A stretch of DNA of 56,154 nt from positions 1-56,154 of the forward strand of contig JBBUFS010000011.1 in assembly GCA_038056395.1 (NCBI GenBank). Reading direction: 5' to 3'. This document shows positions 46,898 to 56,154 of this stretch, in pieces. The notes beneath the pieces were generated by a model that saw only the letters and a program-made list of their open reading frames with translations, searched no databases and had not been told where the DNA came from. This stretch comes from Patescibacteria group bacterium (GTDB lineage: Bacteria; Patescibacteriota; Minisyncoccia; Phycocordibacterales; WO2-35-19). The translations under genes and the position numbers were made by a program. Each line of letters starts with the position of its first letter. Position 1 is the first letter of the stretch.

Positions 46898-48315
46898 CAA
46901 TAAAAGAAGCAAGAGAATTACTTGATACTAAAAAAATCAATGTTAAAGAACTGACTGAAATTTGTTTAAAAAACATTGAAAATAAAAACAAAGAACTAAA
47001 TGTTTTTTTGGAAGTTTATGATGATGTTTTGGAACAAGCAAAGGAGGCTCAAAAATTAATTGATTCCGGAAAGTCAAAAGAATTGACCGGCATTCCCTTG
47101 GCTATAAAAGACAACATTTTGATTAAAGGCAAAAAAGCCAGCGCCGCTTCTAAAATTCTTCAAAATTATAAAGCGACTTATACCGCCACTGCCGCCCAAA
47201 AATTGATAGACCAAAATGCAGTCTTAATCGGTCGCACAAATATGGACGAATTCGCCATGGGCGGTTCCACTGAAAATTCGGCCTTCGGGGTGACTAGAAA
47301 TCCTTATGATATTTCTCGAGTGGCCGGCGGCTCTTCCGGCGGCTCTGCCGCGGCAGTGGCTGCCGGTATGGCTTTGGGAGCTCTCGGCTCCGACACCGGC
47401 GGTTCGGTGCGGGAACCGGCCAGTTTTTGCGGGGTGGTGGGGATAAAACCGACATACGGAGCCGTTTCCCGTTATGGTCTCATGGCTATGGGATCATCAC
47501 TTGATGTCATAGGCCCTATTTCAAAAAGTGTTTCTGATACAGAGATTATTTTCAATGCAATAAAGGGGAAAGATAAATTTGATAGTACGAGTATCGATCT
47601 AACCTCCCCAACCCCTCCTTACATTAAGGAGGGGCAGGAGAAAACAAGAATTGGGGTGCCGTACAGCATTTTGGAAGGAAAAGGCATTTCAGAAGAAGTA
47701 AAGAAAAATTTTGATGAAAGCATAGATAAATTAAAAAAATTAGGATTTGAAATTATAGATATTAAATTGCCAAACATAGACAAATCGCTGGCTGTTTATT
47801 ATATAGTGATGCCCGCAGAAGTTTCTTCCAATATGGCAAGATATGACGGCATCAAATATGGTTTGTCGGTGGACGGAGAAAATTTAATGGATGTTTATAA
47901 AAAAACCAGAAGGCAGGGGTTTGGCAAGGAAGTCAAAAGAAGAATAATTTTAGGCACTTATGTTCTTTCTTCCGGCTATTATGATGCTTATTACGGCAAA
48001 GCTATGATGGCCAGGAAAATCATCCGCAATGAATTCAACAAGGCTTTTGAAGAAATAGACGCCATTCTTACTCCAACAGCTCCATCTCCAGCTTGGAAAA
48101 TAGGCGAAAAAACCAGCCCTTTGGAAAATTATTTAGCTGATATATTTACGGTAACGGCAAATATTGTCGGTTGTCCGGCCATCTCTTTACCATCAGGATT
48201 TAGTGAAAATAATGGCAAAAAATTGCCTCTTGGCATACAATTAATGTCATCACATATGTCTGAAAATATTTTGTTTGAAATAGGAAAGAAATTCTTGGGT
48301 GAACAATTTTCGTAA
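46894..48315 (+). CDS. gatA: Asp/Glu-tRNA amidotransferase subunit A
   Basis: KDNI, NMDEFAMG, GGSSGGSA, GSDTGGSVR and EVKRRIILG motifs. Confidence 0.97.
   Translation: MTIKEARELLDTKKINVKELTEICLKNIENKNKELNVFLEVYDDVLEQAKEAQKLIDSGKSKELTGIPLAIKDNILIKGKKASAASKILQNYKATYTATAAQKLIDQNAVLIGRTNMDEFAMGGSTENSAFGVTRNPYDISRVAGGSSGGSAAAVAAGMALGALGSDTGGSVREPASFCGVVGIKPTYGAVSRYGLMAMGSSLDVIGPISKSVSDTEIIFNAIKGKDKFDSTSIDLTSPTPPYIKEGQEKTRIGVPYSILEGKGISEEVKKNFDESIDKLKKLGFEIIDIKLPNIDKSLAVYYIVMPAEVSSNMARYDGIKYGLSVDGENLMDVYKKTRRQGFGKEVKRRIILGTYVLSSGYYDAYYGKAMMARKIIRNEFNKAFEEIDAILTPTAPSPAWKIGEKTSPLENYLADIFTVTANIVGCPAISLPSGFSENNGKKLPLGIQLMSSHMSENILFEIGKKFLGEQFS
47599..47634. repeat. Family-C element, in frame inside gatA
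   Basis: CTAACCTCCCCAA-CCCCTCCTT-ACATT-AAGGAGGGG; encodes LTSPTPPYIKEG. Confidence 0.65.
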
Positions 48316-48346
48316 TTTTTGTTTATTTCGCATAATTTTCGTATCA

Positions 48347-49021
48347 ATGCCCCCTAAAGACAAAAAAAAAGAAAAACCAGCCGGCTGGAATTTTGATCTG
48401 CTGGAAGGTCTTGTCATACTGCTTTTTTTGATGGCCATTTTGGGAACTGTTGTACCTGTTATATGGAGTTATTTGACTTCGGACGAGCTTTCTTTTTATG
48501 GTTTTAAGTTGTCCGGTATCATTAACTTTTTTAAAAACAATATTCAATTTTTTAAGACCTTGGGTTTTGTGACAGCGGGCGGAGCCGCTCTTGGCACTTT
48601 TATATTTACCAAAAAAGCTGACGCTGTCTGGCGGGAAGAAAAAGCGAAAATGTATCCGGAAAATATGCCAGCAATTTCTTCGGCAAGTAAGCCAACTAAA
48701 AACCCAATGACAGAAAAATGGGAAAAGATAATTAAAAACTCTGAATCTCAAAATCCTTCCGATTGGCGTTTGGCAATTATAGAAGCCGACATCATACTGG
48801 ACGAACTTTTGGATAAACTTCAATTGCCGGGGGATACTATGGGGGAAAAACTGAAGGCGGTGGAAAAAAGCGATTTCACCACCATAGAATATGCTTGGGA
48901 AGCCCACAAAGCCCGCAATATGATTGCTCACGAAGGCAGTGATTTTCTTTTAAATCAAAAGCAAACCCGCCGCATCATCTCCCTCTACGAAGCGGTTTTC
49001 AAGGAGTTCAGTATAATATAA
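48347..49021 (+). CDS. Conserved hypothetical membrane protein
   Basis: Two TM helices; W..AIIEAD..LD..L...G.T.GE.LK and AW.AHK.RN.IAH motifs. Confidence 0.75.
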   Translation: MPPKDKKKEKPAGWNFDLLEGLVILLFLMAILGTVVPVIWSYLTSDELSFYGFKLSGIINFFKNNIQFFKTLGFVTAGGAALGTFIFTKKADAVWREEKAKMYPENMPAISSASKPTKNPMTEKWEKIIKNSESQNPSDWRLAIIEADIILDELLDKLQLPGDTMGEKLKAVEKSDFTTIEYAWEAHKARNMIAHEGSDFLLNQKQTRRIISLYEAVFKEFSII

Positions 49022-49095
49022 TTGAAATTGATATAATCCAACGGCAATAAAACTTGTGTCCGAAGAGGCGAAATTTTTCCAATTCGTTCATAAAA

Positions 49096-49983
49096 TTATA
49101 TTTTCTTGTATTCAACGCCTATTTTCCAAACACCTTTCTCTAAAAAAGCTTCAATGGTTTGACGAATAGCTTTGTTTATAAGATTTGAGTGAGAAATCTT
49201 TTTTGATTTGGCATATTCAATCAGAGTAATAATTTTTTTATTCTCCAAATATGCCAATCTTTTATGATAACTATTCGTGAGTGCTTTGGCCACAATTTCT
49301 TCCATTATTTTCGTACTGCCATTTTTATCAAATTCTTTGAATGCATCATAATATTTTGTACGATCTATAAATTTAATGTTGATAGGCACATAACCTTCTC
49401 TAATAAGCAGATAATTATTTAGGACACGACCAATACGACCGTTGCCATCTATAAATGGATGGGTGTATTCAAAAGAAAGATGCAGTTTTGCGATACGCTT
49501 TACAATACTTTCATTGCTGCCAGCGTTATATTCTGCGAGCATTTTTTCTAATCTCTCTAAAATTTCTTGTGGCGCTGGAGCGATATGACTTCCGACACGC
49601 ACAAATTCTTTATCTTTTCTAAATCTTCCGGCAATATCGTCACGAATATTTGAAATAAGCATTTTATGAAGTGAAAGAATTACATCAAGAGTCAATTCTT
49701 GTTCTTTTGAGTGCTTATCAATATATGAGACCACTCGCGCGAGATTTTTGGTTTCAAAAATCTCGCGTTCGCTGATATACCGATCGAGATCAATCTGAAG
49801 CAATATCTTTTCTGTTTCCTCAAGTGTAAGCGTGCTATTTTCAATAGCATTAGAGTTGTACACTTGCTCCGCAATCTCTGCTTCACTAACAAGCTTAATA
49901 AGCGCTTCTTTGTCGATAGAAGCTTTGTAGTATCGCCCACGCAATATATTGATTTTCTTAAATACCGCAGGTGTCTTTGCCAT
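49096..49983 (-). CDS. Fic-domain AMPylase with an N-terminal inhibitory motif and a C-terminal HTH-like tail
   Basis: HPFIDGNGRIGR active-site motif; SNAIEN inhibitory motif. Confidence 0.92.
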   Translation of the reverse strand: MAKTPAVFKKINILRGRYYKASIDKEALIKLVSEAEIAEQVYNSNAIENSTLTLEETEKILLQIDLDRYISEREIFETKNLARVVSYIDKHSKEQELTLDVILSLHKMLISNIRDDIAGRFRKDKEFVRVGSHIAPAPQEILERLEKMLAEYNAGSNESIVKRIAKLHLSFEYTHPFIDGNGRIGRVLNNYLLIREGYVPINIKFIDRTKYYDAFKEFDKNGSTKIMEEIVAKALTNSYHKRLAYLENKKIITLIEYAKSKKISHSNLINKAIRQTIEAFLEKGVWKIGVEYKKI

Positions 49984-49991
49984 ATACTCCA

Positions 49992-50066
49992 AGTATAGTC
50001 ATTTTCACGCTTTTGTCAACATAATCGTGAAAAACTGTGGTTTTTTAGCATTTTTTCACGCTTTTG
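49992..50066 (-). promoter_or_regulatory. Fic promoter with three TTTTCACG boxes
   Basis: TTGACA-16 bp-TATACT on the - strand; TTTTCACGCTTTTG at 50002 and 50053; CGTGAAAA at 50026. Confidence 0.55.
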
Positions 50067-50219
50067 ACTACAATTCTATTTTTTCTCTTGTTGCGCCATA
50101 GTTTTAGGCGAAGGTTGGGGTTGAGCTGGTTCTGGCTTTGACGCGCCAAAGCTTTCAGCGTCGGCGGTAGTGGGTTGTGGTGCTTCGTCTAGCATATTTA
50201 AATTATAGCAAATTTAATT

Positions 50220-50660
50220 TTAGATTTTACCCCATCTTAATAAGATTGGTCTTTTATAAGATCTAGTTGTAGAATCTGTTTGCTCAATTTCTATTTCCGA
50301 ATAAAATTTGTCCCCGTCTGTATTTGTATAGTCAAAATGTAAAATTACAATTTCTTTTGGTTTTAATTGGTTATGGAAACCAAATACTGCCACTAAGCCA
50401 GAATTTCCAGAACGAATGTAATCAATAGGACCTGTAAAATTCCACAAATTATTAGGTAAAGAATTAAAACTATTATTCCTTTCCGTAATATTCTTTGCCA
50501 TATCTGTTCCAACATTTCTTATATAAATATTTGGGAATTCAGACTCGATAACAATCTTTGGACTTTTAGAAATCCAGTATGTTTTGTAGGTATAGTTAAC
50601 GGCAAATATTGTAAGAAAAATAGAAATAGATCCTAGAATAATTGTGATTATTGTGTCCAT
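50220..50660 (-). CDS. Hypothetical protein with an N-terminal TM helix
   Basis: 146 aa ORF; AT-rich accessory context. Confidence 0.6.
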   Translation of the reverse strand: MDTIITIILGSISIFLTIFAVNYTYKTYWISKSPKIVIESEFPNIYIRNVGTDMAKNITERNNSFNSLPNNLWNFTGPIDYIRSGNSGLVAVFGFHNQLKPKEIVILHFDYTNTDGDKFYSEIEIEQTDSTTRSYKRPILLRWGKI

Positions 50661-50700
50661 TATTTAAATTTAATATTATTAATTTTTTTATTAAATTAAT

Positions 50701-50817
50701 TTATTTTTGTAATGCAATTATTGCTATCATAAGAGCACCGAGAGCAATTATATTGGCGATAATACCAATCCAAAACTCAACTTTTTTGTACCATGGTTTT
50801 GTCATCTCATTCGCCAT
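50701..50817 (-). CDS. 38 aa single-TM peptide
   Basis: MANEMTKPWYKKVEFWIGIIANIIALGALMIAIIALQK*; lies between co-directional genes. Confidence 0.5.
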   Translation of the reverse strand: MANEMTKPWYKKVEFWIGIIANIIALGALMIAIIALQK

Positions 50818-50838
50818 AGTTTTAAGTGCTTTTGTAAA

Positions 50839-53211
50839 TTATATTTCAAATTCTGAACTTCCCAGCGATGCAATCATTGGCAATAGTGTTGGAGAGATAG
50901 CTTCCGTAAGAAATGATATTTGGTCATAAATTGATATTCCATTATTGGGCTCAACTTTATTTTTGTTGTTTTTTTGCTGATTATTTTCGAAATCAAGAAT
51001 TGAGATTCCTAGTAAAACCATTCCATATCGATACCTTGCTTCTAGTATTACCGGATCTGTTTTACTATCCCCCTTCATTTCAGTTCTCAAAAAAGAATTG
51101 TCTATGTTTATAAAGAAATCATACCCGTTTCCTTCCCCGGCATTTCTGACCTTTAGAGCGCTGTATTCATTAAAGTTAAATTCCTTATAGTCCTCTTTGT
51201 TCCAATCTTCCCTTTTTATATCTACAACATTTGGAACATCTAGGTAAGATTCTCTCTGTCTGTCATTTCCTTTTTTGTCACCGGGAGGATTTTTCCTGTG
51301 TCCATTTTTTGACCCATTAGTCACTTGCTCTTTTGTAATCTGTATACAAAATTGACCTGCAAATGGATTAATTTGGTTAATGTCAGAAACTTTTGTATCA
51401 AAACATAAAATATCACCAGCTTTTGTATTTTCTGGAATACTTATTGTTAAGGTCGCCAAACCGTTCCACAGGTTCATCGAATAATCTTTTATTGCCTCAC
51501 CGCCAAGTTTTAAGACCAGTTCTCCGGGATCTTTATCTCGATTGAAATAATTATTTTCTGCATTTGTTTCGTATTGAATTCTGAACTTATGATTTATGGG
51601 GCAGCTCTTTGGGGTATCATTTGTATAGCTTTTTACAGGCTTAAAATAGGTAGGGAATTCTCTGCCTTTAAATTCTTCCTGCTTGGTTACCCCTTCGGTA
51701 TTAAATGGATTTTTGATTCTTATGCCTCGCAAGAAAAGATTGGAGAGTGTGGGAGATTTTTTAATAATTTTCTCTAAAACATCTGCCAAAGGTTTAGAAT
51801 CTTGAAGCCTATCTTCTATTGCTTCTTTTCTCCGCCTATTTTGTAAATCTTTCAAGCCACTATGGTTTTTAATGATATCCTCCATTTCCTTTTCAATAGA
51901 GAAACGAAAAGGTGTTTCCGCCAATCTGTCACGGCTAGGCATAAACAACTCTTCTTGTTTTCTTCTTGATATTTTGGTGCAGTTGATTGTTATTAAAATA
52001 CTGTCGGACAAGTAGGACATACCTACCGCATTGCGATCAAAAAATGTTTTTGGTAAAAATCCATGTGTCTGCCCGTTTATTGAAAAGACAACACCTTCAC
52101 TAGTGGCATAATTTTCTTTTTTTCCTTTTTTAAAAACATAAATTGAATAATCTAATTTTTGTCCCTCAACAGTCATCTCTCCGGTACTGGGCGTTTGAAA
52201 CTCTATTTCAAGATTTTCACTTTTGTCTTCATCCAAACGAACACTTAAACCGGCAAGAGTTTTGTCGTGGGAGTGCGCTCTATAATCTCTGCGCTCGAAC
52301 ATTCTTATCGGCAAAGCGATATCGGGCATTAGAAGTGCAAGACGGTAATATAAATCAAATCCGATAAATGATCTTAAATTTGAGCCAATTTCGTACTCGT
52401 ATAGTTTAATGTAGGTTCCAGATTCAAGAAAATTACCAAACACCTTCGGATAGGGACCTGGTAACAATGCGAGTTTGTCTGCTGAAAAAGATAATATTTT
52501 GTCATTTGGTGCAAGGTAGGTGTAATGAGAGCTTTTTTCACCTTCTTTTGGGTCCTCGCGTCTTGCCACAGTTACACCCCACAATTCTTTGGTTTCGTCA
52601 TTGTCTTGTATCTGTATATCCCGTTTTGAGATCACAAGCAATAATTTATATTCCGAACTACAAAATCTTAGGACACCACTTCCCCCCATTCCAAATTTAC
52701 CCTGAACAAAAGGGATTTTTATTTTATTTCTTTTTGTCAAAGACAAAAGAGTTTCCGGCATACCATTTGGCGTTTGTCCTTCGCCCTTATCTATAATCGA
52801 GAACGATGGTTTTATCTTGCCGCCAGTTGCTACAAGTAAAATATTTTCTGCAAGAGAAGTTCTTTGTCTTTCATCAATACTTGATAATTTTCCGTTATAA
52901 ATATCAAAAAATTTCTTTTGTGCTTCAGCAATACTTTGCGGAGCGTCTTTACTATCTGGTTTAATTCCTCGTCTTAGACATTCCCTTGTCAACACCGCAT
53001 CTACTGAATTTACAAGCTTTTCAACCAATGCATTGTCTGGACTACTTTGTTGGTTTCCAATTGTAGAATAATTCATTGGGTCATTGCCGTATTCATGCCA
53101 CACAGAACCGTCATTCCAAAACCCAGACTTTTTTAGAATATTTACGACCTCTTTCTCCGTATCTGCTTGAGCAAGAGAAAGAGCTAATTTTTTAATCTCA
53201 TCATTTTTCAT
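50839..53211 (-). CDS. Large GHKL (MORC/MutL/Topo VI-B-like) ATPase-domain protein
   Basis: Bergerat motifs EKLVNSVDA, IIDKGEGQ and GKFGMGG. Confidence 0.82.
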   Translation of the reverse strand: MKNDEIKKLALSLAQADTEKEVVNILKKSGFWNDGSVWHEYGNDPMNYSTIGNQQSSPDNALVEKLVNSVDAVLTRECLRRGIKPDSKDAPQSIAEAQKKFFDIYNGKLSSIDERQRTSLAENILLVATGGKIKPSFSIIDKGEGQTPNGMPETLLSLTKRNKIKIPFVQGKFGMGGSGVLRFCSSEYKLLLVISKRDIQIQDNDETKELWGVTVARREDPKEGEKSSHYTYLAPNDKILSFSADKLALLPGPYPKVFGNFLESGTYIKLYEYEIGSNLRSFIGFDLYYRLALLMPDIALPIRMFERRDYRAHSHDKTLAGLSVRLDEDKSENLEIEFQTPSTGEMTVEGQKLDYSIYVFKKGKKENYATSEGVVFSINGQTHGFLPKTFFDRNAVGMSYLSDSILITINCTKISRRKQEELFMPSRDRLAETPFRFSIEKEMEDIIKNHSGLKDLQNRRRKEAIEDRLQDSKPLADVLEKIIKKSPTLSNLFLRGIRIKNPFNTEGVTKQEEFKGREFPTYFKPVKSYTNDTPKSCPINHKFRIQYETNAENNYFNRDKDPGELVLKLGGEAIKDYSMNLWNGLATLTISIPENTKAGDILCFDTKVSDINQINPFAGQFCIQITKEQVTNGSKNGHRKNPPGDKKGNDRQRESYLDVPNVVDIKREDWNKEDYKEFNFNEYSALKVRNAGEGNGYDFFINIDNSFLRTEMKGDSKTDPVILEARYRYGMVLLGISILDFENNQQKNNKNKVEPNNGISIYDQISFLTEAISPTLLPMIASLGSSEFEI

Positions 53212-53432
53212 AGTCTAAATTCTTTGTTTTTAGGAAAGTGAAATTTTGCTTTTGTTTCCCGAACTCGACGCTCAATTTCGGAAAATATTTTATTCACCTC
53301 TTCTTCAGAATAATCATATGCACTCCGGTTAGCACAATTTCCTAAAACTTTTAATCTCAACAAAACCAAATTTGTGCGTTGTGTTGCAAGCCTTTTAAAC
53401 CTTCCCCTTTTTTGTTCTCTGTTTTGATCCAT
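53208..53432 (-). CDS. Small basic helical protein translationally coupled to the GHKL ATPase
   Basis: RF.RLA..RT.......LGNC.NR..Y.Y...EV.KIF..I pattern; ATGA overlap. Confidence 0.8.
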   Translation of the reverse strand: MDQNREQKRGRFKRLATQRTNLVLLRLKVLGNCANRSAYDYSEEEVNKIFSEIERRVRETKAKFHFPKNKEFRL

Positions 53433-53472
53433 AGCAATTAATATAATCTATTACATAAATAAAAGCAATATG

Positions 53473-53505
53473 TGTAAGGATATACTACCCTTACATACAA
53501 GTCAA
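53473..53505 (-). promoter_or_regulatory. Promoter overlapped by the palindrome TGTAAGG-N9-CCTTACA
   Basis: TTGACT-17 bp-TATCCT on the - strand; palindrome at 53473-53495. Confidence 0.5.
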
Positions 53506-53669
53506 CACCCTTACTTGTGGATAAGTGTAACGAACAAATTTTCGCCAAAAGTATTTTTCTGCTGAAAAATCTTTTCGCCACACCTCGCACCGTCGCGCTC
53601 CGGTCTTGCACTGCTTCAAGTTTTCGCAGTTCACCCTCGTCCCACCACTCCTTAACAGGAGCTGTCCCC

Positions 53670-54351
53670 ACATGTCAAAGATGCCCTTTGACACTATCTT
53701 TTTGTGAAGTTTCGTGATTTCGTTTATTATGTTAATTTAATTTTTTGCAAAACTCTCAATGAGTCTTGCGGTCGGGTCCCAACCCGACCTCACTCTCAAT
53801 ATTTCAACCCGCGCAAACCAGACCCCTCCCATTAGACAAGGGGAGGGGAATTTTCCGTAAGGAAAATGGGGTGAGGTCTGAAAAGACAATGGAGTTAAAA
53901 TCGTGGCTGCGTAAAATTTGCTACGCTCATCACGCGGTTACTTAATTGCAAACATAAAATCGAGTTTTCAATAACTGGATTTTATGTGCAATTTGCGTGT
54001 TACCCTCTACGACCAAATCCGAACCTTTTTCAAGTCACAATGTTAGCGCACGCTCCACGCGCTGTGTTATTTTTTCCTTTTGCATACGCTCCATACGCCA
54101 CTAAATTCTAGAAAATGAATTCCGCTTGCCTCGCTCCGCTCGGCTCTGCCCCTCGCCCCCACCAAGAATACTTCTCATCTTTTCTTTAACGCGGGGTTAT
54201 TAAAATGGATGAGTTGGTGGGGGCTCGGGTCGGACTTTTTCTTTAAGGAAAAAGTAAGCGGAATTCTCGGAACGGCTCAAATGGCAGGAAATGAGCCGTT
54301 GCTTGTAAGAGAATGGTCCTTGAAGAATTTTGTCCCCAAAGAATTATCCTC
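53670..54351. repeat. Non-coding cluster of palindromic elements (families A, C, D and others)
   Basis: A at 53670 and 54309, GTCGGG/CCCGAC at 53770, C at 53823-53884, long hairpin at 53946-53991, D at 54271-54300. Confidence 0.7.
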
Positions 54352-54362
54352 AATGTTTCTCA

Positions 54363-55004
54363 CTAAATTTTTGAAAAGAAATATTTTTGGGGACCAAGAA
54401 TTAAATAGGAAATAAAATTTTTCAACCACCCAAAAACAGCAGGAACAAACAAGAGTAAAGCAAAACCAATATAAATTTTACTAAAAATGTCTAATTGCGG
54501 GACCATAATCATATTGCCTACTGTAGACATTTCTATTATTGAATTCGGATTATATTGTTGCAATGGAGATTCCTTAGTTTTTATTGATATTGAGTCAAAA
54601 AGATTAGATAAGTCATTTTGTTTAACTGTTTTGATTACATTTTCCTTTTTATATTCAATTTCCTTGATTTCTCCATGAGATACAATCTCCAATATAGAAT
54701 CAGTGTAAGCCAGTGGTGGTTGTGCACTTTTAGATTCAAAAACGAGCTTATAATTATTTATTATTAAAATATCAAATTCTAATAATCCTATTCCAATTCT
54801 ATTTGTAAAAGATCCCATCAATTTATCAAATATATTTTGTCTTCCAGAATCACTTAATTTTAGAATCTTTTGGGTTTGTACATTTTGGGACAGAAATGCC
54901 AAATCTGTAATCACAGTAGGAGTTGGGGTGAAATACTGACAAATTAACACAAATAAAACAGACCAAATTGCAAAAGGTAAAATAAAATTTTTAATATTAA
55001 TCAA
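54363..55004 (-). CDS. Hypothetical two-TM membrane protein
   Basis: 213 aa ORF with N- and C-terminal TM helices; start codon uncertain. Confidence 0.55.
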   Translation of the reverse strand: MINIKNFILPFAIWSVLFVLICQYFTPTPTVITDLAFLSQNVQTQKILKLSDSGRQNIFDKLMGSFTNRIGIGLLEFDILIINNYKLVFESKSAQPPLAYTDSILEIVSHGEIKEIEYKKENVIKTVKQNDLSNLFDSISIKTKESPLQQYNPNSIIEMSTVGNMIMVPQLDIFSKIYIGFALLLFVPAVFGWLKNFISYLILGPQKYFFSKI

Positions 55005-55020
55005 TATAATATAAATCTGA

Positions 55021-56076
55021 TTAGTTCGCCAAACACGTTTTTAAAGCTTTTGCTTTTTCTGTAGCGGCGGTGCAACCGACCATAAATCCAGCCTTATCAA
55101 TTGATCCATCATAGCCATTACCACCATTAGTAGGATATACAGCCTCTGCTCTTTTCTCGCAATCAGGTATTGAACCATTGTTACCATATGCTGTGTAGAT
55201 ATAATCAAATCCTTGATTCTGAACACTTCCCGCACCCTGATAAGGCGATGGGAAAATTTTATACGAATCACACTTATTTGAACAACTAACAGGAACAGCT
55301 ACTGTATTTGTGAAGGTGTAAGTATAAGGAGGTTGATAATTATTGTATTTTGTCGGCTGAATATTACCGAATTTTGAAGTCAAAGTAATTTCACCAACAC
55401 CTGGAATGAGAGACAATTTGACATTTGATACCGTGCTTTTTTCAAAGGAATTTCCGCCACCAATACTTTTTTGGATTACTCCATACTGCCAGTCATCGCC
55501 AGAAACAGTGAAAGGAACAACCAAATCATTATCAGAAGAATTCCACTGAAACTCACAAACTGGTGTCCCAAAAGTTATAGCTGGAGCAGTTGGTTTGGGC
55601 GGAACATAAACTGGGGCTGGAGTAGTATTTTGTTGAATTTGCTGAATACTTGTTAGGGTTGATTCTTGTGTTTGGTTTTGTTTAGCGATTAATTCTTGCA
55701 AAACTTTTATTTGATTTAACATCTGCGTAATTTTGTCATTTACAGATGGTGTTGAAACTAAACCCGTTTCTAATGCTTCTTGCTGATTTGCGGAGTCCAT
55801 TTTTGTGGCGAGTTCTGTATTGATTTTTTCACGAGTCATTGGACCAACAAATCCGGTGGTAGGAAGTCCTACACTTCCTTGGTATTTAATAACGGCACTG
55901 TTTGTTAAAGAGAAAAAATTGCCAGTAGCGTTTGAAACTAAGAATCCTTTATCTACTAAAAACTCTTGAAGTTCTATAACCTCTGCTCCAGTAGCACCAT
56001 ATTTAAGATTTGCGTCTATTGAGGCACTGGCAAAAACAGGAACAAACAGAAGCGAAATTAAAAGTATCTTTTTCAT
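55021..56076 (-). CDS. Secreted protein with a peptidoglycan-binding domain
   Basis: Signal peptide; LQEFL...ATGNFFSLT..AV.KYQ...TGFVGPMTR PGBD motif; Cys-containing C-terminus. Confidence 0.85.
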   Translation of the reverse strand: MKKILLISLLFVPVFASASIDANLKYGATGAEVIELQEFLVDKGFLVSNATGNFFSLTNSAVIKYQGSVGLPTTGFVGPMTREKINTELATKMDSANQQEALETGLVSTPSVNDKITQMLNQIKVLQELIAKQNQTQESTLTSIQQIQQNTTPAPVYVPPKPTAPAITFGTPVCEFQWNSSDNDLVVPFTVSGDDWQYGVIQKSIGGGNSFEKSTVSNVKLSLIPGVGEITLTSKFGNIQPTKYNNYQPPYTYTFTNTVAVPVSCSNKCDSYKIFPSPYQGAGSVQNQGFDYIYTAYGNNGSIPDCEKRAEAVYPTNGGNGYDGSIDKAGFMVGCTAATEKAKALKTCLAN

Positions 56077-56154
56077 ATTCTTATTGTTATTTGATTAAGT
56101 ACTAATACTATCCCTCTTTTGAGATAAAAAAGCAATAGGAAGGGGTTATCCACA

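Noticed and set aside
53440-54360. CRISPR array, integron attC array or oriC
   Set aside because: No equal-length direct repeats with spacers, no integrase or regularly spaced attC sites, only one DnaA box and no dnaA/dnaN nearby.

Overview
A 56 kb AT-rich chromosomal segment that looks like a CPR/Patescibacteria (Parcubacteria-like) genome, standard code 11. The assignment is an inference from the gene content: a CPR-style comF/pilMNOP-pilB-pilT-pilC-pilin-pilD cluster, PG-binding surface proteins and rplK without rplA. Core genes: tRNA-His, folD, lexA, secE-nusG-rplK, glyA, argS, a split ribosomal block (rpsS to rplE), ligA and gatCA. Accessory content: two single-chain Type IIG/IIB-like restriction-modification genes, one of them translationally coupled to a HEPN-motif protein, two toxin-antitoxin-like pairs, Fic, NYN, a GIY-YIG nuclease at the tRNA-His 5' end, and a small-protein/GHKL-ATPase pair. 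Best candidates for undescribed biology: (1) a pyrimidine cluster (cytidylyltransferase-like, extended dCMP deaminase, HxHxQ HIT protein, DHFR, glyA, and a ThyA lacking most phosphate-binding arginines), which suggests a non-canonical, possibly carrier-linked, thymidylate route; (2) several families of short palindromic elements that nest in each other and insert in frame into essential genes (folD, argS, ligA, gatA, gatC, pilD and a prepilin cleavage site); (3) a promoter-defined small structured RNA antisense to the 3' end of an NYN nuclease gene. All calls come from reading motifs by eye; no database searches were run.
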